64,000 bases of DNA, from positions 1,842 through 65,841 of the forward strand of contig CAYYAQ010000002.1 in NCBI GenBank assembly GCA_964469555.1, written 5' to 3'. How positions within the stretch are numbered: the stretch's first letter is position 1; every line of letters begins with the position of its first letter. Shown here piece after piece: positions 25,772 to 34,988 of this stretch. The notes beneath the pieces are model-generated. The model was not told where the DNA came from. It saw only the letters and a program-made list of their open reading frames with translations, and made no database searches. Source of the DNA: an uncultured candidatus Brocadiaceae bacterium (lineage in GTDB: Bacteria; Planctomycetota; UBA1135; UBA2386). Both the position numbers and the translations under genes were made by a program.

Positions 25772-26029
25772 TCAGTGAGTCTTCTTGACCAAGAACCGGA
25801 ACTTGCCGTCGTCCCTTTCCTCGGACAGCATCAATACGTGCCGTGTCTGATTCTCCCAGGCTTTCATGTCGGGAACCGCGCCCGGGTCCGTCGAGATCAT
25901 CTCGAGCACCTGCCCGATCTCCATCTTCTTGATCGCGCGCTGGGTCTTGACGATGGGGAGGGGGCAGATGAGCCCCGAGCAGTCGAGAAACTGATCCGGG
26001 TCATGGTTCAAGTTCGGGTCCTCCAACAA
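25772..26029 (-). CDS. tusA: TusA/SirA-family sulfur carrier
   Basis: 85 aa. LDCSGLICPLPIVKTQRAIKKMEIGQVLEMISTDPGAVPDM contains the CPxP active-site motif. Confidence 0.85.
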   Translation of the reverse strand: MLEDPNLNHDPDQFLDCSGLICPLPIVKTQRAIKKMEIGQVLEMISTDPGAVPDMKAWENQTRHVLMLSEERDDGKFRFLVKKTH

Positions 26030-26092
26030 AGTTGGGTTTGGGATTCTGGTGGCGCGAAGCGGGGTTTATCGAAGCAGGATGCAACGGACCGA

Positions 26093-29000
26093 TCAACTCG
26101 GATGTCCTACGGGGTGGTCGCCCGAGCCAAGTCGCCAGCCCACAACTCCCCGCGAGGAATGCGCACTCGCCGCACCCGGGGATGCGATCGGCTTGCAGAC
26201 GAAGAACGTGGCGCTCAAGCCCGCGTCAGACTCCACCATGAAACTCTCGGCGACGTCGCTTTTCGTCGCGTCATGGTGGCTCTTCAGCAACCGACGCAGA
26301 GTTTGGATGTGCTCGCTGTCCAGATCGTGGGGCTCGATGTACTCGATATTCAGGCTGTGCCTCTGATCCTTCCTCACGAAGACCATGCCACCCGTCATGC
26401 CTGCCCCGAGGTTCGCGCCCACTTCACCGAGGATCAAGACCAGACCCAGCGTCATGTACTCGCACCCGTGCATGCCGACGCCCTCGACGACCGCGGTCGC
26501 GCCGCTGTTGCGCACTGCAAAGCGGTCGCCGGCACGCCCGTAAGCAAACAACTCGCCGCCAGTCGCCCCGTAGAGCACGCAGTTGCCGATGATCGCGTTC
26601 TGTGACGGCGCGTAGCTCACGGTGTTTGGCGGTCGAATCGTGATGCGTCCACCGGACATCGACTTGGCCACAGAATCGTTGGCTTCGCCGACGAGATGAA
26701 TCGTGATGCCGGTAGTCAAGAACACGCCGAGGCCTTGCCCGGCGCTCCCAGTCAGGTTCAGCCGAACCGTGTCCGAGGCGAGATCCAGCTCTTCGTCGGT
26801 CGGCGTTGCCTTCTCCGATCCGTCTTCGGCTGCCGCCGCGATCCGTTCCATCCGCAATTCGTGCTTGCGTCGGGCAACGGCGTAGCAGAGGCGCGCGGGC
26901 ACGGCACGATCGGTGGGACGAATCCGAAGGTCGAGTTCGACGGCACGACCCCCGAGAGCGCTCGCAGACTCCTCGAGCACGTGGGCGTTGAGATCTCCCA
27001 ATCTTCGCTGCGGTCGCGGCAAGCTCTCGGTCATCTCCACCGGGGCGAGGAGATCGTCCAGTGACAGGTGCCGCTTCTCGCAGAAAACCGCGTAATCCGA
27101 CGCGGAACCCAGCAAGTCGACACGCCCACGCAACTCCGAAAGGCCTCGGACGCCGACCTCTGCCATGCGCTGCCGTGCATCCGTGGCGATCTCGCGCAAC
27201 AACGCGACGATCGCGCTTGGATTCCCACGGTAGTGTTTGCGGTACTTCGCAGCCTGAGTGGCGATCCCTGTCGGACAGGTGTTCTTCTCGCACACACGGG
27301 CCATGATGCAACCCTGGGCGATGAGGAGGAGCTTGCCGAACGCGAAGCCGTCGGCACCGAGAGCCGCCGCGACGACGACATCCCGTCCCGTCGAGAATCC
27401 GCCATCGACGCGAAGCTGCACGCGTTCGCGCAACCCGTGCTGGCTGAGTGCCCGGTGGACTTCAGACAACCCGAGTTCCCACGGGAGCCCAGCGTGCTTC
27501 ATCGAGCTTAGGGGCGCCGCGCCGGTGCCCCCATCACCACCGGATACCATTACGATGTCCGCGCCGGCCTTGGCGACGCCCACGGCGATCGTTCCGATGT
27601 TCGAGTTGGCGACGAGCTTGACGCCGATCGGGGCAGTTGGCGAGAACTCGCGAAGCTCGTGTATGAGCCCCGAGAGGTCCTCGATGCTGTAGATGTCGTG
27701 CAGTGGCGGCGGTGAGATCAGATCCGTGCCGGGCGTCGCATGCCTCGCGCGGGCGATCGCTTCGTCGACCTTCACGCCCATCAGTTGTCCGCCCTCGCCA
27801 GGCTTGGCGCCTTGGGCGACCTTGATTTCGAACGCCTTGCCAGTGGCCAGGTACTCGGCGGTCACGCCAAACCGTGCCGAGGCGACCTGCTTGATCGTCG
27901 CTGTCGTTCCGTCGACGTAATAGTAAGGGTTCTCTCCACCCTCACCGCTGTTGCTGAATCCGCCGATCTCGCGCATCGCGAGGATGATGTCCCGCTGCGA
28001 CTCGGGGCTGATCGCGCCGAACGACATCGCCCCGGACACGAATGTCGTCATGATCTCTGCCACGGACTGGACATCATCCACGTCGACGGGAGTGCCAGGC
28101 TGCAGCGCGATCAGGTCGCGCACGTGCAGCGGCGCATCCGCGCGCCCAGCGGACGCGAACGACTCGTAGTCCTGAGTGTCCACCGACTGCAGATCTTCTT
28201 TCTTGGAACTATGCAGCAGACGGGATCGAGCCGTCGTCATGCCGTGCTTCTCGCCGTTCTCGCCGCGCGACTGCTCGCGCAGCTGGAACGTCGACGGACG
28301 CGGGCCGAATCCCGGCTCGGACGCTCGTTCGAGAATCGCGGCGCCGATGTCGTCGAGTTCGAGACCGCCGATCGGACTCTGCAAGCCGGGGAAGTACTTC
28401 GCGATCAGTCCAGGCCCGAGACCCAGGGCCGCGTGCAACTTCGAACTCTGGTAGCTGCGCACGACCGAGATGCCGGCCTTGCTCATCGCCTTGAGGAGTC
28501 CCTCCTCGAATGCGCGGACCAACTTGTTCTCGTCGCCGGCGTCCTGCGCGTAATGGAGCGCGAGACGCGGGCAGACGGCGGTCGCTCCGAAACTGATGAG
28601 CGCGGAGACCGCGTGCACGGACCGCGCATCACCCGTGTCGACGACCAGGGACGCGTCGAGCCGCCGTCCGGCGCGATTCAGTATGCGCACAACGGAACGG
28701 AGACCCAAGAGACTCGGGACGGGCGGACGCTCGGCAGAGGCGTTGCGATCGCTCAGGATCAGGATCGAGAACCCCTGATCGCGGGCGCGGAGCGCTTCGG
28801 TGCCGATCTCTTCGAGTCGCTGTCGCAGTCCAGACGACCCCGCAGCGGAGTCGAGCACGAGGTCGATCTCGCAACTTCGGAGCCTGCTCGACTCCGCACC
28901 AGATCCAGTCAGCCGTCGCATCGCCGCCATGTGACCGAGACTCAGGACCGGCGAATCGACCTCGAACACGGGCTCGAGCGGCAACATCTCCTTTGGCGCG

Positions 29001-30556
29001 AAGATATTCGGCTTTGGCCCCAAGAAGGTCCGCAGGTCCGTCACCAACCGCTCGCGCAGGTAGTCCAGGGGCGGGTTGGTGACCTGCGCGAAGTGCTGGT
29101 AGAGGAAGTCGAAGAGCGGACGTGGCTCGTCGGACAGGATCGCGATCCGCGCGGTATCCCCCATCGAACCGATCGGCTCCTTGCCCTTCTCGCACATCGG
29201 TCGAATTACGCGTCGAATCTCTTCGGCCGTCACGCCGAACAACCACTCAACCTCGGGATCGACAGACTCCGTCACCGAGTCCGGATACAACGCCTCCGCG
29301 CGCGGTTCGAACTGCGCGTCGGCGTTCTCCCGCGAGTCGGACGGATCGCGAAAATAGACACGACCGCTATCGAGGTCGACGCGGATGGCGGAGCCAGCAC
29401 CGAGCGCACCCTTGGCGATCACCGCGTCGTCGGCGCGATCGAACACGCCGGCTTCCGACGCGAGGTAGAAGCAGTCCTCGGTCTCTGCAAAACGGCACGG
29501 TCGGAAACCGTTTCGGTCGAGTCGCGCACCGACCGTCTTGCCATCGGCGTAGGCGATCAACGCCGGCCCGTCCCAGGGCTCGAGCGCGCGGCTCCAGAAT
29601 CGGTAGTAGCCCGACTCGGCTTGGGCCGGCGGCATCAGGAGTGCGAGCAGATCCTCGACGTGGCGCATCGAGCTGCGATGCGTCAATGCCTCGACCATCT
29701 CGTTGAGGCTGCCCGAGTCGCTGATCTCGGTGCGGGTCAGAAGCTCCTCGGACGGCAGGCCAAGGTCGATCTCGCGGGACCGCGCCCACGTTCGATTGCC
29801 GCGGATCGTGTTGATCTCACCGTTGTGGCAGAGCACGCGGAACGGTTGCGCCTTGTCCCAGGTGGAGCGCGTGTTCGTACTGAAGCGCCGGTGGAACAGA
29901 GTGAAGCGCGTGGTGAACCGTGGATCCCGCAGGTCGAGGTAGAATCGAGAGAGATCCTCGGAATTGGTCAGCGCCTTGTAGACGCAGGTGTCAGGCGACA
30001 ACGATGCGAAGAAGAACGCGCGGTGCAAGCCGGCCCCCTTGAGGCGGCGGCGCAACTCCTGCTTGCCGCGGTAGAGCAACGACTCGTATGACGCCGTCGT
30101 GGCGCAGTGTTCGGGCCTCTTGAGTGTGGCGTGCAGGATTCTCGGCATGCACTCCCTGGCCTGGGGCCCCAGCACGGAAGAGTCCGTGGGCACCTCGCGC
30201 AGATTAACCACGTCGAGCCCGAAGAACTCGAACGTCACCTGGAAGACGTCGATGGCACGCTGATAAACCCACGGGTCGTCGGTGACGAAGATGGTCGCCA
30301 GTGCGACCGAATCCGGCTCGATTCCGAGCAGTTCGTACGGGATGTCGGTCAGAACCCCTGCCCCGTCGCCGCTGCGACCGTCGGCGGCACACGCCCCTCG
30401 ATGTTCGAGGTTCTCGAGAGCTCGAAGAGCGTCTTTCAGCGTGTCGTGGTCGCGGGCGCCGTCGCGACGAACTACAAAGCCTACCCCGCAGGCGGAGTGT
30501 TCCGCCTCGGGCTGTCGCGTCGGCTCTTCATCGTCGTTCTCGATCACGACCAACAC
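26093..30556 (-). CDS. gltB: glutamate synthase large subunit
   Basis: 1487 aa. N-terminal Ntn amidotransferase Cys (CGVGFVV), an FMN/Fe-S domain (SGGDGGTGAAP) and a C-terminal GXGXG beta-helix. No gltD adjacent. Confidence 0.95.
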   Translation of the reverse strand: MLVVIENDDEEPTRQPEAEHSACGVGFVVRRDGARDHDTLKDALRALENLEHRGACAADGRSGDGAGVLTDIPYELLGIEPDSVALATIFVTDDPWVYQRAIDVFQVTFEFFGLDVVNLREVPTDSSVLGPQARECMPRILHATLKRPEHCATTASYESLLYRGKQELRRRLKGAGLHRAFFFASLSPDTCVYKALTNSEDLSRFYLDLRDPRFTTRFTLFHRRFSTNTRSTWDKAQPFRVLCHNGEINTIRGNRTWARSREIDLGLPSEELLTRTEISDSGSLNEMVEALTHRSSMRHVEDLLALLMPPAQAESGYYRFWSRALEPWDGPALIAYADGKTVGARLDRNGFRPCRFAETEDCFYLASEAGVFDRADDAVIAKGALGAGSAIRVDLDSGRVYFRDPSDSRENADAQFEPRAEALYPDSVTESVDPEVEWLFGVTAEEIRRVIRPMCEKGKEPIGSMGDTARIAILSDEPRPLFDFLYQHFAQVTNPPLDYLRERLVTDLRTFLGPKPNIFAPKEMLPLEPVFEVDSPVLSLGHMAAMRRLTGSGAESSRLRSCEIDLVLDSAAGSSGLRQRLEEIGTEALRARDQGFSILILSDRNASAERPPVPSLLGLRSVVRILNRAGRRLDASLVVDTGDARSVHAVSALISFGATAVCPRLALHYAQDAGDENKLVRAFEEGLLKAMSKAGISVVRSYQSSKLHAALGLGPGLIAKYFPGLQSPIGGLELDDIGAAILERASEPGFGPRPSTFQLREQSRGENGEKHGMTTARSRLLHSSKKEDLQSVDTQDYESFASAGRADAPLHVRDLIALQPGTPVDVDDVQSVAEIMTTFVSGAMSFGAISPESQRDIILAMREIGGFSNSGEGGENPYYYVDGTTATIKQVASARFGVTAEYLATGKAFEIKVAQGAKPGEGGQLMGVKVDEAIARARHATPGTDLISPPPLHDIYSIEDLSGLIHELREFSPTAPIGVKLVANSNIGTIAVGVAKAGADIVMVSGGDGGTGAAPLSSMKHAGLPWELGLSEVHRALSQHGLRERVQLRVDGGFSTGRDVVVAAALGADGFAFGKLLLIAQGCIMARVCEKNTCPTGIATQAAKYRKHYRGNPSAIVALLREIATDARQRMAEVGVRGLSELRGRVDLLGSASDYAVFCEKRHLSLDDLLAPVEMTESLPRPQRRLGDLNAHVLEESASALGGRAVELDLRIRPTDRAVPARLCYAVARRKHELRMERIAAAAEDGSEKATPTDEELDLASDTVRLNLTGSAGQGLGVFLTTGITIHLVGEANDSVAKSMSGGRITIRPPNTVSYAPSQNAIIGNCVLYGATGGELFAYGRAGDRFAVRNSGATAVVEGVGMHGCEYMTLGLVLILGEVGANLGAGMTGGMVFVRKDQRHSLNIEYIEPHDLDSEHIQTLRRLLKSHHDATKSDVAESFMVESDAGLSATFFVCKPIASPGAASAHSSRGVVGWRLGSGDHPVGHPS

Positions 30557-30626
30557 GATAACTTCCGGTCGATCTTGGGCCCCTACACATTCCGATCACA
30601 CTTCGGGCAAGTTCAGAGCACAAAGC

Positions 30627-31163
30627 TCACTTCAGGATCGTGATGGCCAACCCGCCGGAGGTCCCGATGCCGGCCTTGTTGATCGCCGGGTCGACTACGT
30701 ACCACTCCGCGTACAGGATCAGTCCCGCGAACGACGGAACTGGCGGAATCGGCAGGCTCTGAAGCGCTTTGCCGCTGCTGTCCGTCGTCGTCCCAAGGAG
30801 GAGGTCGAGCGAGAGCAACAGGTGGCAACCCGGTGCATCCATGAACCCGAGTTCGAGCGAGGTAGTCTTGAGTCCGAGGCAACAGGTGGCGGGCTTCGTC
30901 GCAGGAGCCCCCGACAGCGCAACCGCGAACTTGGGTGAACCCAGGGGGGCCGCGACCGCGCCGATCATCGCAACGGACCGACCGAGACGCGCCGCCGCAG
31001 CGGCTTGACTGGCGCCCTTGCCTCCCGCGCCAGTGGAGTGCCCGGTGCCCAGGATCGTCTCTCCCCGGCCCGGGTGGCGCGGGACACGAATGGTCAAGTC
31101 TTGGTTTAGAGACCCAAAGACCGCGACGTCGAGCGAGCCGAACTCAGGCGTTGGAGGTGCCAC
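30627..31163 (-). pseudogene. chimeric ORF: about 70 codons of a ribokinase N-terminus fused to the C-terminal domain of the secreted-protein family
   Basis: The N-terminal VAVFGSLNQDLTIRVPRHPGRGETILG...GGKGASQAAAAARLGRSVAMIGAV is the ribokinase/PfkB start. From about nt 30950 it switches to ...CHLLLSLDLLLGTTTDSSGKALQSLPIPPVPSFAGLILYAEWYVVDPAINKAGIGTSGGLAITILK. Confidence 0.55.
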
Positions 31164-31208
31164 GGCTCGAAGTGTCGAGATCGACCGTCCACGCGGTCAA
31201 GGAGATTC

Positions 31209-34200
31209 CTACTTGCGTTTCGTAAGCTTGATACCGAAACGACCCCCCGGACCGATCTGCAAGGTCCCCTGCGGAATGCTGATCTTGACCAATCTCGGCG
31301 GGACGATGGCTCCCGACGACAACATGCGCGACGGGCGGATCGTCACGCGGTACTTCCCGGGAAGCAGTCCTTCGACGCGGAACCCGTAAGAACGATCGAA
31401 CTCGACGGTGCGCTCGATCTTCACCGCACCCGCGTCGATCCTCACGAAGTCCACTTTCGATCCCACCCAAAGACCGGAGTCTATCGAGATGGGCACCGCA
31501 ACTCCGGCGGCTACGACGAGCGCTTCGAGCTGGAAGGAGAGAGCGCGCGGGAAGTTCACGGCTACGTCCTTCCTGGACAACCATCCGTGCGCGGCATGCT
31601 CACCGCGCAGGGAGTACCGACCCGCGGGCACCGACAGCGGGAACCAGCCACCGCTGTCGGTGCGCGCCCGCATTCGGCAACGGGCCCCAGCCTTGTCGAC
31701 GCCTTCCAACGTGAGGTCAAAGCCGGAAGCGTGGTTCTTCTTGGCCGTGGTCAACGAGACGTCCACGAGTAGGAGCGCGATCTGAATGCCGACACCGGCA
31801 CGCGTCGCGAGCACCGACTTCGACCACAAGTACTCGTTCGGCGAACCCGCGGGGATCTTCGTGCCCGCGATCACCGCGACGTGCAGTGGTCGCTTCGATT
31901 CGATGCCGGTATCGAACGCACCATTTCCAGCGATGCTGTACCACATCCACCGTCCATTACGCTCGACGCCGAGCTTCAATCCACTCGCGGGTTGTGGCTC
32001 GATGCGCACGACTCCGCGCAGAACGATCGGGCTCGTGTCCTCGACCTCTTCGGGCTTCTCCTCTTCGGGTGGAAGCGCCTCGAGCATCACCGTCTCCTCG
32101 GCGCGGGACTCGAGCATCAGCTCCTTCACCGTCTTCAACCCGTCCTCCGGGAACAACAGCGGAAGGAGGAGGCTCGGGTGCTTCATCCGCCCCGGCAGCT
32201 TCACGACGCGCAACTCCCACTGTCCGCACTCCAGCGGCGGGAGACGATACGTCCCGTCCCTCCGCACGGCGATGAACACCGGCGATACTCCCAACGCCGC
32301 CGGTGGATCTTGAACCCGGCGTCGCGACTGAGCCAACACCGTCCACTGAGTTAGTGGTGCTTCGCCTCGCTCCGTCACGCGACCCACGATCAGCCCGCGC
32401 TGTCGCAGCGCGATCGAGAGTCGATCGACCCCCGCCCCGGCGCGCACGGTGCACGCGCCCAGTTCGGTCGAGAGCGTCCCTACCGAGTGGCGTCGATCGC
32501 GACTGCGTTGGAGCGTGATCGCGCCCTCCTCGTCGGTCTGGCCGATCAAAACGGGGAACTCGTGCACGCGGTCGACCTCTTCGGACGCTCGGGCGTAGAC
32601 GGGGTAGTCGCTGAGGCGCTGGAACCGAGGATTATCGAATGACACAACCGTCGGTTCGAGAGGCACGAGTTGGGAATCGACGTGCTCAAAGCCGTCGACA
32701 TCGAGCGCCAATGCGGTGGAAGAGTGGCCCTCCGCGCTGACGATGAGGATCCACTGCCCGACCGGAACGTCGTAAATCTTGACCACACCCAGCGCTTCAT
32801 CCGTGCGACGTCCCGCGAGATCGAGCGGTTCTACGCAGCCGAGTTGATGCATGGTCAGCATGCCGATCGGCAACTCTGGCGCGAACTTCCCCGGAAGGAG
32901 ACGAACGACCACAGTATCTTCCAAGGGAGTGATCGCGGAACCAACGCGCGCGGTGACACGAATCGTCACCTCGAATCTGCGCGGCATCGCGATCGAGATC
33001 CGACCCGTCGGCGACAGAGCTTCCGTCACGTGCCACGGCTCACCGACGCGGCGGCGCACCGCCACGGTCACGAGACGCTTCTCATCCCACGCCGCCTGGA
33101 GTTCGCCGGAGGCGTCCGTCGATCCCACCCGCCGGATCGGCGTACACGTCGCGGTCTTCGAGAACCTTCCGATCATCACCTCCGCGTCGGGAAGCGGGTC
33201 ACCGTTCTCATCGCGGACGAGCACCCGGATGTTGCCCAGGCGCTGCACGACGAACTGGCCTACGTCGTGGTTCTCGCCGCGAACGAGCATCGTCACGCGC
33301 TTGCGTCGGATTCCCTCGCCGGACACAACCAGTGTCAAGTCGTCGGTACGAGTCGCCACCCATTCGAATCGACCGTTCTCGTCCGTCGTGGCCGAGCGCG
33401 CGAGGATCCGATCATGGATCGCGCGGAACCACTGGGGCACGGTGACGACCTGCGTGCTCCGCCCCATCTTCACGACCATGCCGCCCTCGGGCTCGAACTC
33501 GTCGGCGCACACTTGTTCGAGCGCGGCCCCCACCATGCCGAGAGAACCCCCGGCAACCCACGGGAACCCCGCGTGGCGGAGACGCGCGCCGACGACCGGA
33601 AAGCCAAGCTTGTCGACGACCCGCCCGCGCATCACCTTGCGTCGACCGAGGCGGAGTTCGCCGAGATCGACGACGGCCTTCGGTTCGGGGGTGTGGTCGA
33701 CGAGATGCCAGTCGACGCGGTCGGTGCCGGAAGCCACCACTACGAGGAACAACCCCGACGGCTTGACGCGACCGATCGTGAACTTGCCCCTGTCGTCAGT
33801 GGTCGCCGTGCCGGCCACGAACTTCGGCGCGGCAGTACAACTCGGGAGTCCCGACGCCTCCACGACGAGCAGGTCGGGGTGAAGACGAACGATCTCGACG
33901 AGAATCCCGGAGAGGCCCACGCCACTGTCACCGAGTACGCGACCGGCAAACGTGATGAGCGACCTGTCGATCTTCGGTCGTTTCTCCTCCACCGTCTTGG
34001 GTTCGCTGGCGGAACGAATGGCGGGCAAGCCCCGCTTAGGCTCCGGGATGAACTCACGCTCCTCGACCGGCTGCGGATCAGGTTCGCTGCCGAACGGATC
34101 CCACGCGAACACGCCGAGCGTGATCGCCCCGCCCACGCCAGCCAACCACGCGATCGTCCGCCCGATACCTGCTCCCGCAGCAGTCTTGGCCGCGGTCGTC

Positions 34201-34922
34201 GCGAGCGCCGGCCCCGCGACAGCCGCGGACGTGGACAACGCGCCCGTCGCGGCAGCAGCAGTGGCTGCAACGGTTGTGGCGGCGACGGTTGTCACGACGC
34301 CCTCACTCGCCGCAGCAGCGGCTTCGAGGACCGTCTCGCGCACGTTCGGGAGTGCGTAGCCTGTCGTCGCCATCGCGACAAGCGCCGTCGCTAAACTCGC
34401 CGGCAGCAGTCGGCGCAGGCGATCGGTACCCCGTCTGATCTGCGTCTTGATCGTCTGCGGCGAGACACCCCGCGCATGGCCGATCTCCGTCGGCGTCAGC
34501 CCGTGGATCAGGCGGAGTGTCAGGACTTCTCGATAGGCTTGCGGTAGTTCGTCGAGCGCCTTCGCGAGTGCCTCCTGGAACTCCTTCATCTCCGCGGCGT
34601 CATCAGGAATCGCCTCGCCACCATGCCCAGTCAGCCGATCCGCGTTCAGCTTGCGCCCAGCCTGACGGCGGTGCTTCTTCGCCTCCTTGATCAGGATGCC
34701 GACCAACCAGGGCCGCACGGGTCGACCGGAGTCGAACGTGTGCGCGATCTCGATCGCGCGGAGGAACGTCATCTGCACCAGGTCCTCAGCCACGCCACCG
34801 TCGCCCGCGACGTGGTTGGCGAGCAAGAGCAACTGCGGCGCGCAGACGTCGAAGACGCGAGCCAGATCCTCAGGTGATTCGCTGACGCAGTAGGAATCGA
34901 AGGCGTGGTCGGCTGACGTCAT
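31209..34922 (-). CDS. ECF-type sigma-70 domain fused to a membrane anchor and a roughly 960-aa extracytoplasmic domain with carboxypeptidase-regulatory-like repeats
   Basis: aa 1-172 carry sigma regions 2 and 4 (DLVQMTFLRAIE, PWLVGILIKEAKKHRR, YREVLTLRLIHGLTPTEIGHARGVSPQTIKTQIRRG). An Ala/Thr-rich hydrophobic stretch and a TM helix (IAWLAGVGGAITLGVFAW) follow. Then come repeated beta-sandwich-like units (GRVLGDSGVGLSGILVEIV, GRVVDKLGFPVVGARLRH, IRVLVRDENGDPLPDAEVMIG). GAGGAG lies 8 nt before the ATG. Confidence 0.8.
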   Translation of the reverse strand: MTSADHAFDSYCVSESPEDLARVFDVCAPQLLLLANHVAGDGGVAEDLVQMTFLRAIEIAHTFDSGRPVRPWLVGILIKEAKKHRRQAGRKLNADRLTGHGGEAIPDDAAEMKEFQEALAKALDELPQAYREVLTLRLIHGLTPTEIGHARGVSPQTIKTQIRRGTDRLRRLLPASLATALVAMATTGYALPNVRETVLEAAAAASEGVVTTVAATTVAATAAAATGALSTSAAVAGPALATTAAKTAAGAGIGRTIAWLAGVGGAITLGVFAWDPFGSEPDPQPVEEREFIPEPKRGLPAIRSASEPKTVEEKRPKIDRSLITFAGRVLGDSGVGLSGILVEIVRLHPDLLVVEASGLPSCTAAPKFVAGTATTDDRGKFTIGRVKPSGLFLVVVASGTDRVDWHLVDHTPEPKAVVDLGELRLGRRKVMRGRVVDKLGFPVVGARLRHAGFPWVAGGSLGMVGAALEQVCADEFEPEGGMVVKMGRSTQVVTVPQWFRAIHDRILARSATTDENGRFEWVATRTDDLTLVVSGEGIRRKRVTMLVRGENHDVGQFVVQRLGNIRVLVRDENGDPLPDAEVMIGRFSKTATCTPIRRVGSTDASGELQAAWDEKRLVTVAVRRRVGEPWHVTEALSPTGRISIAMPRRFEVTIRVTARVGSAITPLEDTVVVRLLPGKFAPELPIGMLTMHQLGCVEPLDLAGRRTDEALGVVKIYDVPVGQWILIVSAEGHSSTALALDVDGFEHVDSQLVPLEPTVVSFDNPRFQRLSDYPVYARASEEVDRVHEFPVLIGQTDEEGAITLQRSRDRRHSVGTLSTELGACTVRAGAGVDRLSIALRQRGLIVGRVTERGEAPLTQWTVLAQSRRRVQDPPAALGVSPVFIAVRRDGTYRLPPLECGQWELRVVKLPGRMKHPSLLLPLLFPEDGLKTVKELMLESRAEETVMLEALPPEEEKPEEVEDTSPIVLRGVVRIEPQPASGLKLGVERNGRWMWYSIAGNGAFDTGIESKRPLHVAVIAGTKIPAGSPNEYLWSKSVLATRAGVGIQIALLLVDVSLTTAKKNHASGFDLTLEGVDKAGARCRMRARTDSGGWFPLSVPAGRYSLRGEHAAHGWLSRKDVAVNFPRALSFQLEALVVAAGVAVPISIDSGLWVGSKVDFVRIDAGAVKIERTVEFDRSYGFRVEGLLPGKYRVTIRPSRMLSSGAIVPPRLVKISIPQGTLQIGPGGRFGIKLTKRK

Positions 34923-34988
34923 GGTCGGTTCTCCTCGGACTGACCGATATCTCCATGAGCGGGCGCCGGGGGTTCACGATTCTGACGA

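Noticed and set aside
27740-30091. Very long ORFs antisense to recognisable genes. Examples: 27740-30091(+), 739-1977(-), 10602-12143(+), 14220-15770(+), 32670-34394(+), 42886-44298(+), 51756-53012(+), 53890-55173(+), 57350-59410(-).
   Set aside because: Their translations are Arg/Pro/Gly/His/Asp-rich low-complexity sequence with no motifs. Each lies opposite a gene with strong family signatures. These are the shadow ORFs expected in GC-rich DNA.
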